This document shows, one piece after another, positions 37,338-53,454 of a DNA stretch of 64,000 bases. Both the position numbers and the translations under genes were made by a program. The stretch is from Eledone cirrhosa (lineage: Eukaryota), in contig OZ024751.1 in assembly GCA_964016885.1 (NCBI GenBank), positions 52,266,001 to 52,330,000 on the forward strand, written 5' to 3'. Within the stretch, counting starts at the first letter, position 1. Each line of letters opens with the position of its first letter. The notes beneath the pieces were generated by a model. That model was not told the DNA's origin. It did no database searches and saw only the letters and a program-made list of their open reading frames with translations.

Positions 37338-37941
37338 AATCTTTTCTAAAATTATTTCAGTGAGCTAATAAAATTAAATTTGTATTATTTCAATAAAAAA
37401 TTGTGTAAGCGCATGTACACACACACACACTAATACATTTATGTAAACATTACAATTCCAACAAAACTACATAATCTATAACTAAACATCCATCTCATTT
37501 ATACCTGCCAATAGTTTATCTCATATATTTATATATTTTCTCTCTCATATGTGAGTATATTTGGAACAAATAATAATATAAATATATATTTCCATGAATA
37601 AATGCAATCCTGATAGCATTATTTGGGAAGTCATATTAAATCTAATCAATAAAAAGGTAGCTTAGCTATGAAAGAAAAATTAACGTATTTTTTTAAAGCT
37701 GAACTCATTGATAATTTTTTGAATAAAAGCCTTAAAACATTTTCCTGAAATCAATAAATACTCTTGAAGAAGTCAGATGATTGGATTCATTTTTGTTACT
37801 TTTTTTATGTTTTGTTTCTTTGACTGTGTTTCTTAGGTAGTTCACCTTTCTCTTGATGATGAGAAACTGTACTGCAATAGTTTAACTACAGGGAGGGAAT
37901 TCCTGCTATAGAAATCATGCCAAAACCTGGGATATATTTAA

Positions 37942-38155
37942 ATGGGCAGTAAAGCATCTGGAAGGACAGCAGATTGCCTGGGAGGACTGTAGCTTGTCTG
38001 GGATGACAGCAGCACACCTGGGAGCACTGTAGCTTGTCTGGGATGGCAGCACCTCGCCTGGGAAGACTGTAGCTTGTCTGGGAGGCTAGTAGTTTGTCTA
38101 GGATGACAGCAGCTCACCTTGGAGGACAGAAGTTTGTTTAGGAGGACAGTAGCTC
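37942..38155. repeat. 20/40-bp minisatellite
   Basis: Alternating GGAGGACTGTAGCTTGTCTG / GGATGACAGCAGCACACCTG units. Confidence 0.85.
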
Positions 38156-38389
38156 CAATTAAGAACTGACTTGGCTTGCATGAAAAAAAAGACATTGACC
38201 TCTTCATTACCATATTTCTCATGAAATACACTGCATATGGTTTTCAAGTAATTTTGAAAATGTCAAGAATTCAGAGATATTTTGATACAACTAATTTTCT
38301 CATTATTAAAATGTTATGTTATGGACATAACTTAAAGGTTCTCATATCAAATTATGATGGAAGGTTTTTAGATAAATATAGATACTTCG

Positions 38390-38518
38390 CTTCTTGGGCA
38401 AGACACTTTATTTCACGTTGCTCCTTCTACCTGGAGTTGCAACCAATAGAGAGTATTAGCAATTAGAAAGACCAATGGAAACATTGTTTCCTCGGTCCGA
38501 TTTGAGGAAAAGTCGATC
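38390..38518 (+). mobile_element. SINE 3' fragment (family of 42948)
   Basis: Near-identical to 43035-43157 (AAGACACTTTATTTCACGTTGCTCCTTCTACCTGGAG...CCTCGGTCCGATTTGA). Confidence 0.85.
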
Positions 38519-39379
38519 GACTGTCATAGATACTTTACAGAAAACAGTTTTGTATATAGAACCAGGGATGGTTTGGTATCAAAAGTGTTAATAATGATGA
38601 TGATAGGAATAAATGATGTAAATTGGAGATAGGTGTGTGACTGTCTAACTCTGCAACATGGTTTCCATTCCTGGTTAGAACCATGTAATTTCTTTTTTTA
38701 GACTTTCTAAGGTGATGTATTACCAGATTTGTAAGGGTATGAGACAAAGGTACCTTGTGGTATTTCTTCTAGCTCTATGTGCTCTGATTGATAAAATAAG
38801 GTATCAGTCCAGGGTGATGGAGTGGTGGAATTATTAGAACACTGGATGAGGTGTCTTGCTGTATTTGTTCCAGATTTTTGTGTTCTGAGTTCAAATCTTG
38901 TAACCTATTTGAGTGGTAGACTTAATCTGTCGCCTGAGTTAACACCATCACCAGGCCTCTACACAATTTCCTTCAACCACTCATAAGACCAGGTCAGCCA
39001 GAGGGTGTAGTAAAAGACACTTTTCCAATGTGCCAAGTATTGGTATCAAGCCCGAAACCTCGTGGTTGTGAAGTAAAAGAAACTTCTTAACCTGACAGCT
39101 AGGACATTACTTTGGACATATTGCTTTTCTGTTTGCAAGTAATATTAAACCTGAACAGATAGAATTACATATAGCCCGGGAGAACGAGGAAGAAAAGATA
39201 TATATGAGAGAGAGGAAGAGAGAAAGATATATAAAGATATATATATATTTATATGAGAGAGAGTAAGATATATATATATATATATGAGAGAGAGTAAGAA
39301 AGAGATGGCAATGAAGTCAAACTGAACAAAATACTACATCTGGTAAGCTGACACTGATGGGATGGGTGAACAACAATTA

Positions 39380-39423
<44 letters not shown>

Positions 39424-39679
39424 GTATTTGGAGTATGTGTGTGCATTTGGAGTGTGGTGTATGTGCACGTGTGTATTTGTACATATGTGTTTGTGCATGT
39501 ATGTTTGTATGTATTTTAACACGCGTGTGTCTTAATTTACATGTTTGTACTTGTGTGTATGTGTGTATTTATGACTCTGTGTGAGAGAGAGAGAAAAAAA
39601 GAGATATCACTGTAATATTTCTCAATGTGTGAAGTCAGCCATAGCTAGCTGTAACAAGGATATAATCTGACTTTAATGT

Positions 39680-40300
39680 GATGGTGGTGGTGGTCTTATA
39701 ACATCTTTACCTTACTAGAAGGTCAAGGTGGTGGCAGTGGTAGTGTAAGTGGTGTTGGTCTTGTAACATCTTTACCTATTTAGAACAAGGTAAAGATGGT
39801 GGTAGTGGCGATGGTGAAACATGGAGTGGTGGTAGCAATGGTGGTAATGATGGCGATAGTGTAATATTGTGGTGGGGATGGTGTAACATGGGGTGGTGGT
39901 GGCAATGGTGGTAATGATGGCGATAGTGTAATATTGTGGTGGGGATGGTGTAACATGGGGTGGTGGTGGCAATGGTGGTAATGATGGCGATAGTGTAATA
40001 TTGTGGTGGGGATGGTGACGATGGTGATAGTGTAATATTGTGGTGGGGGTGATGATGGTGGTGTAATATTTTGGTGGGAGCAGTGATGGTGGTGTAATAT
40101 TGTGGTAGGGCTGGTGATGGTAATGATGGGGGTAGAGTAATATTTTGATGGGGGGGGGGGTAATGAGATGGTGACGATGACAGTGTAATGTGGTGGTAAT
40201 GCTGGTAGTGTAATATGGTGATGGTGGCAAAGGGGATGATGATGATGGTGGTGTAAGTGGTGTTAGACTTATAACATTTTACCTGTTTAGAAGAAGGTAA
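39680..40300. repeat. GGT-rich minisatellite with 67-bp units
   Basis: GGTGGTAATGATGGCGATAGTGTAATATTGTGGTGGGGATGGTG recurs at about 39840, 39907 and 39974. Confidence 0.8.
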
Positions 40301-40629
40301 GAAGCATCAAAATGGTAAGTGATATCATTTCAAAAAGGTCAAATTGCTTATGGCAGTAGAATGAATCGTAATGGAGAAGGAAGGTGGAGGATTATTATTG
40401 TAAGATAGAATATATACTTCTGTGAATAATGGTATAAGAATGAGCAGTGGGGAAAGAGGATGATTATTGCAAGATAGAATTTATACTTGTGTGAATAACG
40501 CTCTCATTTCTTGAAATGGTAGATTTATTAGCAATTATAAAAAAGGCTGATGGTGTGATGTATATTTTGTTACTGTATACTTTCAGTTAGAGTATTCTTC
40601 AGGTAATATTAACCCTAACCCACATCCAT

Positions 40630-40790
40630 GGCGGCAGATTGGCAGAGTTGTTAGAACATCAGATAGAATGCTTTGCGGCATTCGTTCCGACTCTCTGCTC
40701 TCCAAGTTCCAATCCTTGCTGAGGTCAACTTTGCCTTTCATCTATTTGAGGTTGATAAAAAAAGTACCAGTCTAATACTGGGGTTGATTC
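40630..40790 (+). mobile_element. SINE (Nin/Deu-like core family), degenerate
   Basis: GGCGGCAGATTGGCAG head and GAGGTCAACTTTGCCTTTCATC core. Confidence 0.8.
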
Positions 40791-41059
40791 TTCCTCTATA
40801 CATCTTTCTCACTTCCTCTCTCTCACTATTTATCCTTCTCTTGAAGAAATCTGCTGTACTCAGTCTTGGAAAGGTCTGGGCTCTGCCAGTTTTAAAATGC
40901 CCCCAAAATGGTGTGTGTCAATACAGCGTCCTTTACGGCTCTATCAGGAGTTACATGACCATACCAACCCTCATCCAGTTTGGTATGGTATATACTTCAT
41001 ATAGATTATTATTATTTTGTAATATATGAATATATATTTAGAAAACAGCAAGTGGAATT

Positions 41060-41264
41060 TGAAAATTGAATTAGAATATTTTGCCATAACTTTGACTGAA
41101 TAAAGTACTCTAACAGGACATATAAACCTATTGACTGGAAAAAGATGGGCATCCCTCATGTGCTGATGCCCATCTTTTTCTGTTTGATGGGTTTATATGT
41201 CGCGTTATTATTAGAGTATTTTATTTTATCAAAGTTATGGTGAAATATTCTAATTCAATTTTCA
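41060..41264. mobile_element. fold-back palindrome (MITE-like)
   Basis: Imperfect arms of about 95 bp: TGAAAATTGAATTAGAATATT...GAAAAAGATGGGCATC / GATGCCCATCTTTTTC...AATATTCTAATTCAATTTTCA. Confidence 0.85.
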
Positions 41265-41984
41265 TATATATACACTCGAATATAAGCCCAACCCCCTCAT
41301 TTTATGTCTGAGAAATGAGCAAAAATCTGAACCCTGTGTATAAGCCAAAGCAGCTAATCAACACATGATGTTTAGCTGGTGTGTTTTTAAGATTCTCAAC
41401 ATAATTTTATATAAGAACCATATTTTACTATCTTAGTAATGAAATAATTTGAGTAAATCCTTCAAAATTCTTCATTAAATAATTGAAATAGCGTGTATTT
41501 CATAAGAAATATGGTGGTGTTTCACTTTAAAACTACAACCAAAAGCTATAGATTTAGCATAGCTCACATTTTTTAACACTCAAATACTTTGATATAACTT
41601 TCAGAAATTAATTAATATCATCCTCTCCCCTCCCCTTATGTTAGGTTGATTTTTATTTATTGTTATTTTATTATTATTTTTTTTTGTTTTCTTTTTCTTG
41701 ATTCAGTCTTTAGACTGTGGCCATCCTGGGGCACCATCTTGAAGGGGTTTAGTTGATCATATTCACACAAGAACTTTTTTTTTTCTCAATTTTAATCTCT
41801 TTTTGTTGAACCGTTATAGGGCATAAACAATAAACATTAACCCAGATATGGACACATGAACAAGTATGCATAGACACTCTCACTCACACTCAGGTCAAGT
41901 TTCAACACAGTTTCCATCTAGCAAATTTCACTCAAAGCTCAAAGCTGTAATAGAAGACATTTGCCCGAGGTGCCATGATACTTT

Positions 41985-42202
41985 ATGCCTTTTTTATTTA
42001 TATACTATTTATATACTATTATATTTTCATGGTAAAGGCTTCACCTCGCATAATATCTCACATAATATCGAATCTGAGATTTTGAAAGTATTTATTTTGA
42101 GAACAATACCTTAACATCAGTTTGAGTGGCCAGTTACAGCCAGTTTCAACAGAAAGAGGTAGAGAATTCTGGCTGGTTTTGGCCGGTTTGAACATTAAAG
42201 GG
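41985..42202 (-). mobile_element. piggyBac-type MITE (inverted, partial copy of 45002)
   Basis: Reverse-complement similarity to 45002-45209. Ends TAAAGGG|TTAA. Confidence 0.75.
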
Positions 42203-42591
42203 TTAAAGTTTTAATTTCAATGACAGGTTTGCTATAGTTAGATGTGTATATTGGTGTGGAAAGAGTGATAGTGCTATAGAAACTATGTGTAGTGCTATAG
42301 AAACTATGTAATGCTATAGGTGCAGCCTGATGATGTCTGTTGGCCCACATACCAGTAATTGTAGCAGGCTGGTTATTATTTTATTGGGAAGGCTGGCATA
42401 TTATTTTAAAGGACATGTTTGAATTTATGTTGTGTGCGGTATGTGTATTGTGGGTGGGGCTGACTATAGGATTATGGTTTGTGTTGGCTTGAGTTCATCA
42501 GTAAATGGGTTTGGTGTAGATTTGTTTCACTTGAGGCAGTCTTAGTTTGTTAAATATATATATATATATATGGAGGCACAGGGCTTAGTAT

Positions 42592-42930
42592 GGAGGCACA
42601 TGGCTTAGTGGTTAGAGCATTGGCTTTGCAATCGAAAGGTTGTGAGTTCAATTCTCAGACCGGGTGATGTGTTGTTTCCTTGAGCAAGACACTTTATTTC
42701 ACATTGCTCCAGTTTACTCAGCTGTAGAAATGAAATGATAGGGACTGGGGTCCATATCATTCCACTGCAAAGTGGTCGTAGAGGTGCCACGGCAAAAAAG
42801 CACCCAGCACTCACTGTAAATGAGGTTGGTGTTAGGAAGGGCATCCAGCTGTAGAAATCAAGCCAGAATCAGTTCCCATCCCACCCTTGGAAGCAGGGAA
42901 AAGCGGATGTAAAATGATGATGATGATGAT
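42592..42930 (+). mobile_element. tRNA-derived SINE with RTE 3' tail, full length
   Basis: A-box TGGCTTAGTGG, B-box GAGTTCAATTC, core CCTTGAGCAAGACACTT, RTE 3'UTR motif, (GAT)n tail. A 20-bp head duplication lies at 42571. Confidence 0.95.
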
Positions 42931-42947
42931 GATATATATGAAATGTG

Positions 42948-43157
42948 AAGGCGTGTGGCTGAGTGGTTAGAGAATTGGATTTGCAATCGTGAGGTTATGA
43001 GTTTGATTCCCCGCCCAGGCGATGCGTTATATCCTTGAACAAGACACTTTATTTCACGTTGCTCCTTCTACCTGGAGTTGCAACTGATAGATAGTATTAG
43101 TAATTCGAAAGACCAATGGAAACATTGTTTCCTCGGTCCGATTTGACGAAAGTCGAT
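42948..43157 (+). mobile_element. tRNA-derived SINE, different tail
   Basis: TGGCTGAGTGG A-box, GAGTTTGATTCC B-box, same core. The tail is shared with 38390. Confidence 0.85.
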
Positions 43158-43449
43158 ATATATGAAAATATGTTAGCCACAATGCAGATAACTCGGAATA
43201 ATAGTTGGATAAGTTCAGTAAAGTACCTCTGGAGATGGGGTACTTTAGTCAAGTCATCTGAAGAAATTGAACCTTGCATTAACATAAAATGATGATGATA
43301 TATGTATACATATATATATGTAAGAGATTGATAAAGTGAATATTCCACCATGTAAGATAGTAGTGTTGGTACCACAAAAAAACACCACACAGTTCACCTG
43401 TAAGGTGGTCATACTGGTGCCACATTAAAATACCCTAGTACATGCTGTA

Positions 43450-43590
43450 AAGGTCAACTTTACTTTTCATCCTTCTAGGGAATTAAGTGAGTTGATAAAA
43501 TAAACTACCAGTCAAATACTGGGGTCGAATTAATAGGCTCCTCCTCTTTCTTAAATTGATGGCCATGTGCCTAATTCAGAAGCTATTATT
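43450..43590 (+). mobile_element. degenerate SINE fragment (Nin/Deu-like core)
   Basis: AGGTCAACTTTACTTTTCATCC...GTTGATAAAATAAACTACCAGTC...GGCCATGTGCC. Confidence 0.65.
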
Positions 43591-44804
43591 ATTATTACTA
43601 TAATTGTTTTTATATTTTGTTTAATACAATAAATACTGAGAGGAAGTGCAGCTTCTTGGCAGTTTCTTGAATTAGCAGAAGATTTATTAAATATTGATTC
43701 TCCAGCTTGGTGAATCTTTCACTCTTTTTAGCTGGCTGTGTGTATATGTGTGTATGTGTGTGTGTAAATAATTGCATATATATATATATATATATATATG
43801 CATATATGTATGTGTTAATCATCATAGATTGTTTTTGCTTCTTTTGCATACACATATCAGCATGTGGTTAAATGCATGCACATATGTACACTAACACATG
43901 TGTGGGTGTGTGTATACAGATATGTATGTTTGAGTGTATATAAGAGTATATGGGTTGCTTTCTGTTTTAATTATACATTCATTGAATTATAATATAAGTG
44001 GCTGAGTATTCCACAGCTATGTGTACCCCTAATGTAATCCTTCTTCAGGCAGAATTAGCAGGAAACAGCGTGTGACAGGATTGACCTTTTCAATTTCGGA
44101 TACAATTCCGATGGGCTTCCATCCTGTTTCCGTTAACCCAGTTTTATATTTTAAGTTTGGGTCAGGCTATAGTGTAAAACACTTCACCAAGGTCCTTAGC
44201 AGTGGGATTGAATCTACAATCTCATGATTGCTAAGTGAACTGCTTAATCATTTGGAACATGCCCAAACACACATACCTACATACATGAGCAATTGTATGT
44301 ATGCACATACATATAACATGTGATTGCATGCAATATATATATATATATATACAAACACACATATAGCTATGGCTTTATAGAATGTAATTGGTTTGGTTCC
44401 TTTCATATGAAAGTCCGTCTGCAGAATTTGTATTCTATAATTAGCAACCAATTGTAAATTGCATCAGTAGTAGTAATAGTAACAGCAGTAATTGTAGTAG
44501 TAATTGTCGTAGTATGTATTTACATAATAACAGTAGGTAAGAAATATAAATGTTTTGTCTTGTTTTTACACACTTCAAGAGCAACGCCATAAAATAAAGA
44601 AACTCAATGGTTTTATATCCCCTACCTGTCCCCTACCCCGCCATTTCTTCATGGCAGTTCCTTACATATATTTATCTGGTTTTCTTCTTCCATGTGTATC
44701 TTCTATTGACAGCAAGCACTACTTTCTTCCAACTAACAATTCTGGAATTGAAAACACTAATAGGATTTATAGCTACAATTATGTCCTGTCTACCATTCTT
44801 TGTT

Positions 44805-44990
44805 AATGCAGCAGGGCTGAATGGTTAAGAACTTTACTTTGCAATCATTAGGTTCCAGGTTTGATTCCACTGGTTGAGGCATCTTTGGTAGGTGTTATTT
44901 ACCATAACTTCGGGTTGACCCATGCCTTGTGAGTAAAACTGGGTAAATGGAAACTGGAAGTCTGTCAGATGGACTCTGCTGCATTCTCTT
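44805..44990 (+). mobile_element. degenerate tRNA-derived SINE (third family)
   Basis: GGCTGAATGGTTAAG head and GGGTTGACCCATGCCTTGTGAGT...GGAAACTG body. Relatives at about 7270 (+), 41890, 44110 and 45440 (-). Confidence 0.65.
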
Positions 44991-45001
44991 GTGTATTTTA
45001 A

Positions 45002-45209
45002 CCCTTTAGCTTTTAAACTGGCTGTATCCAGCCAGAACACTTTCACCTGTTTCTGTTCAAAGCAGCTGTAACTGACCACTCATACCGATGTTAAGGTATT
45101 GTTCTCAAAATAAATAATATCAAAATCTCATAGATTCGATATTATGTGAGGTAAAGCCTTTACCATGAAAATATAATAGTATATATAAAGTAGCGTAAAT
45201 ATTAAAGGG
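45002..45209 (+). mobile_element. piggyBac-type MITE
   Basis: TTAA|CCCTTTA...TAAAGGG|TTAA: TTAA target duplication with CCC/GGG termini. Confidence 0.85.
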
Positions 45210-46149
45210 TTAAGGAATGTTCACTCTCTATTTGCTCTTACTATATCCTATGTCAATAACAAAAGTAGCCACTGTTAGTGTTTCAGTTGTTTGATCAATG
45301 GAACAGCCTGCTCATGAAAGTGATACGTAAGTGGTTGAGCATGTCACACACACACCTTTTATGTAAACCTTAGGGATATTCAGCATGACATAATGTGTAA
45401 CAAGGCTGGCCCTTTGAATTACAGGTACAGTTCATCCCATGGCCTTCCAAACCTAATTTCACTCACCAGGCTTGGGGCAATCTGAGGCTAGGGTAAATGA
45501 CATTATTTGCTCACAATGTCACACAATGAAATCGAACCTTGAACCTAATGATTATGAAAAAAACTTGTTAACCATTCAGCTATACTGTGTCTACAACAAA
45601 ATATGATAAATTCTCTAAAACTGATAAAGGATAAAATGTATCCCCTTGATAAATCAAGAATTTCAACACCAGATGTAATAAATATTTTCTCTTTTTAAAA
45701 TTCCATAATATTTTTTAAATGTGAAAATTATATGAAATTATTTACTAATACTATTATTCTAAATTAATCAAACGAATTAATTAGCCATAGACTTTTGGCT
45801 CATACACCATAGAATTAATCTCTGTCACAGATATTTGTAATTGGGAAATACATTCCTGTAATTGCTTCTGACTACTTTCTTTAAACCCGGTGTCAGTACC
45901 ACTGCAAATTAACTGAATTGGTCGAGCATTGGACAAGACCTCTTATGGTACTTACTCTGGTTCCTGATCTCCTGGGTGCAAATCCTGCCAAGATGAACTT
46001 TGCTTTTCATCTTTCTGAGGTTGATAAAATAAAGCACCAGTCAAGGCAATGAACTGGTGGAATCTTTTTTAGATCATTGAATGAGATGCATTGTGGCATT
46101 TACTCCAGTTCTTTGCATCCTGGATTCAAATCAGGCTATAGTAAATTTA

Positions 46150-46385
46150 ATCCATCATCTAGTTTAACACCACCACCTGGCTCTTGGGTGGTAGACTTAA
46201 TCCGTCACCCAGTTTAACACCACGACCTGACCCTTGGATGGTAGATTTAATTCATCATCTAGTTTAACACCATGACCTGGCCCTTGGTTGTAGACTTAAT
46301 CTGTCATCCAGTTTAATGCCACGACCTGGTCCTTGGGTGGTAGACTTAATGTCATCCAGTTTAACACCACAACCTGGTCCTTGGG
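46150..46385. repeat. 50-bp minisatellite, about 5 copies
   Basis: GTAGACTTAATCCGTCACCCAGTTTAACACCACGACCTGACCCTTGGATG, period 50 (46191 to 46241). Confidence 0.9.
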
Positions 46386-47560
46386 GCCCTTTTTGAAGCA
46401 ATATTTTATGCCTTTCTTGGTATTAGCCCCTTTACTCATCTCAAACACCACATAGAGATACAGTGTATCTATTCTAAACTGGTTAGTGTTGTATATTTAA
46501 CTACTTTGCAGTATGTTTAGTTACTGTTAACACTACTTAATAATATTAAAACAACAAAGTAGGAAAAAACACTACATTGAAGTTGAGTAGACTAGACCTA
46601 AATTACCAGCCATTCACTAGTGGTAGTTTAATCAACTGGTACTGTATGTCTGGCTGTCTTTCTGTCTGTCTCCCAGGCTTCTTCCAGCATTGAGATTACA
46701 ACTGAGCATCCCCAAAATGTGAATGAATAATCTTAGTCCTTCTTGGCCAAGAGAGAGAGGGGGAGTATAAACCTCTGTGGTCACTGTGTTGTTGTGAAGA
46801 GCAGTGACACAACCTCCTGATATTATCAGCTTTAAATGACATCGTTTCAGATGCATATATAAATATATAAGTTGTTTGTAAGACAAGAATAATAAGCCTA
46901 AGACAGTCCTGTTTGAGCTGACAGACTTATTAGATTCATTATGGAATAAGATATCTGCAAAGAAGTTGAGTTGTTACATTGATTACTTTGTTTGATTATG
47001 TAGAAGTTCCCTCATCAGCTTGTCAAAAAACATTTATTTAACCAACCACAGGTATAAACAATAATATACAGCAGCAGCAGCAACAACAACAGAAACAAAG
47101 GTAGGACATCAGTATGAACTGTGTGTCTTTATTTAGAGAGAGGTGTTTGTGTAACTTGACCTTTGTTAATAGCAGTAGGTGGTCTCTTCATTTGTTTCTC
47201 TGGCAGTTCTGAAGTAGATTTGATGAGTGTAAAACATGCTTTAATGAATGTTCTTCTGGCTCTTGATAAGTAATAAGACAGAATAGGAATTCTGTTCTCT
47301 TTATAATCTCTCCTCCTCCTCTTCCCTCTTATTATTACTTGACATTCTGGGAAAGTACGAACTAATGGGTTTTATTAAATATAAATGAGGTCACTACCAA
47401 GATCTTATCAATGGCTCTCTTGACAGCCAATGAAACTTCTTTCTTTTTACTATTTTATTCATTCATGGTATTACCCACTTTCTCACTTTCTTCTCTCTTT
47501 CCCACACACCTTCTCTTTTCTCTCTATTCCTCTCATTCATATGTATATATATATATATAT

Positions 47561-47855
47561 AAAATAAAATAAAATAAATAAGTAAAATGTTTAAAATTTG
47601 GCTTCGTTTATTACTGCTATATATATTTCAGTGACAGCCATCTTTGGCTGTGACCTCTTCAGGCAGTCCGAATTAGTGTGGTAGAGATGAGTACACATGT
47701 TGTTGAGGTGTTTAACTTTGTCAATACTCTGATATGCCCAGTTCCTGGTTGGGTTGTTATTTCACTGAGGAACTGGAATGATGAATCATGATTCTGTCGA
47801 GTGCTCCAATCTGCATACTGAGGTGTTGGTATACAACCAACATATACTCAAAATT
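47561..47855 (-). mobile_element. Penelope-like pLTR remnant
   Basis: Hammerhead followed immediately by AATAAA on the minus strand, bounded by (TA)n on both sides. Confidence 0.65.
47613..47667 (-). ncRNA. type I hammerhead ribozyme
   Basis: ACTGC-CTGAAGA-GGTCACAGCCA-AAGA-TGGCTGTCACT-GAAA-TATATA-TA^GCAGT. Perfect 5-bp stem I, 11-position stem II with one mismatch, AUA cleavage triplet. Confidence 0.85.
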
Positions 47856-48605
47856 TATATATATATATATATATATATATACGTTATTCTGGGTTGAATC
47901 GGAGGTAACCACAGTAAGTAAGGTACTCAATACATAGCAGAGTATAAAAGTTTTAATATAGATGAGATTCTACACGACTAGAACTGTTTCATTCTTTAGA
48001 AATCATCAGGATTCCTAATGTTTGTACCAGAGTTTTCAAGTCGCTGGCTGGACTAAAAAGTCACACTCGTTCAGCGCATCGGTAGGGGTTCTCCTACATG
48101 GATATAAAGTAGTGGCCGTACTCGAAAACGAGTTGGCAGCCACCACCATATATATGTATGTGTATATATGTATATATGTGTGTGTATGTGTGTATATATG
48201 TATGTATATATATGTATGTGTGTATGTATAGGGCGGAAGAACTCGTAAGAGTCAACGGCCATCCAAAAGTGTGTAAATATGTATATACACATGTACTGCG
48301 CGGTTAAACCACTGGGAGTGAAGGACCCTTAGCCTTTGTCAGAGCATTCTTCAGGAAGGCAACTCAGGAAGCTGGGATAACTCCGATATAAAACCTGCGG
48401 CTCAGTAGTTACTGATGATGTTGATCTTTTCTTTTTTGGGGATTATAGCTACTGTCGCTCAGAGAGCGGGATTGGCTCAGTGCAGTCTTTCCACACTTTA
48501 AAAAATATCTTCACGCACAGGCATTGCACGATAGAATTAATTAATAATTATTAATAATGGTATATCGTGCAATGGCCATACTTGATAACGAGGGGGTAGC
48601 CATCA

Positions 48606-48607
48606 TG

Positions 48608-48648
<41 letters not shown>

Positions 48649-48795
48649 ATACATACATACATACATACATACATACATACATACATACATACATACATAC
48701 ATACACATACATACATACACATACATACATACATACATATATATATACATACATATATATATATACATACATATATATATATATACATACATGTA

Positions 48796-48867
<72 letters not shown>

Positions 48868-48874
48868 CATATAT

Positions 48875-48958
<84 letters not shown>

Positions 48959-48970
48959 CATATATATATA
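48606..48970. repeat. (TA)n/(TACA)n microsatellite
   Basis: Read directly. Confidence 0.97.
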
Positions 48971-50720
<1,750 letters not shown>

Positions 50721-51037
50721 GCTTAGTGGTTAGAGCATTGGCTTTGCAATCGAAAGGTTGTGAGTTCAATTCTCAGACCGGGTGATGTGTTGTTTCCTTG
50801 AGCAAGACACTTTATTTCACGTTGCTCCAGTTTACTCAGCTGTAGAAATGAGATTATAGGGACTGGGATCCCTATCTTTCGTGGAGGTGCCACGGCAAAA
50901 AAGCACCCAGCACTCACTGTAAATGAGGTTGGTGTTAGGAAGGGCATCCAGCTGTAGAAATCAAGCCAGAATCAGTTCCCGTCCCACCCTTGCAAGCAGG
51001 GAAAAGTGGACGTAAAATGAAATGATGATGAATGATG
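50721..51037 (+). mobile_element. tRNA-derived SINE with RTE 3' tail (head slightly truncated)
   Basis: Near-identical to 42603-42930 apart from a short internal deletion. Inserted in (TA)n. Confidence 0.95.

Positions 51038-53454
<2,417 letters not shown>

Noticed and set aside
42592-42662. tRNA-Cys gene (also 22050-22117 and 50721-50780)
   Set aside because: A and B boxes are present, but there is no acceptor stem and the sequence continues into SINE core and tail.
46632-46886. 84-aa minus-strand ORF as a host exon
   Set aside because: No recognisable homology and only weak splice signals.
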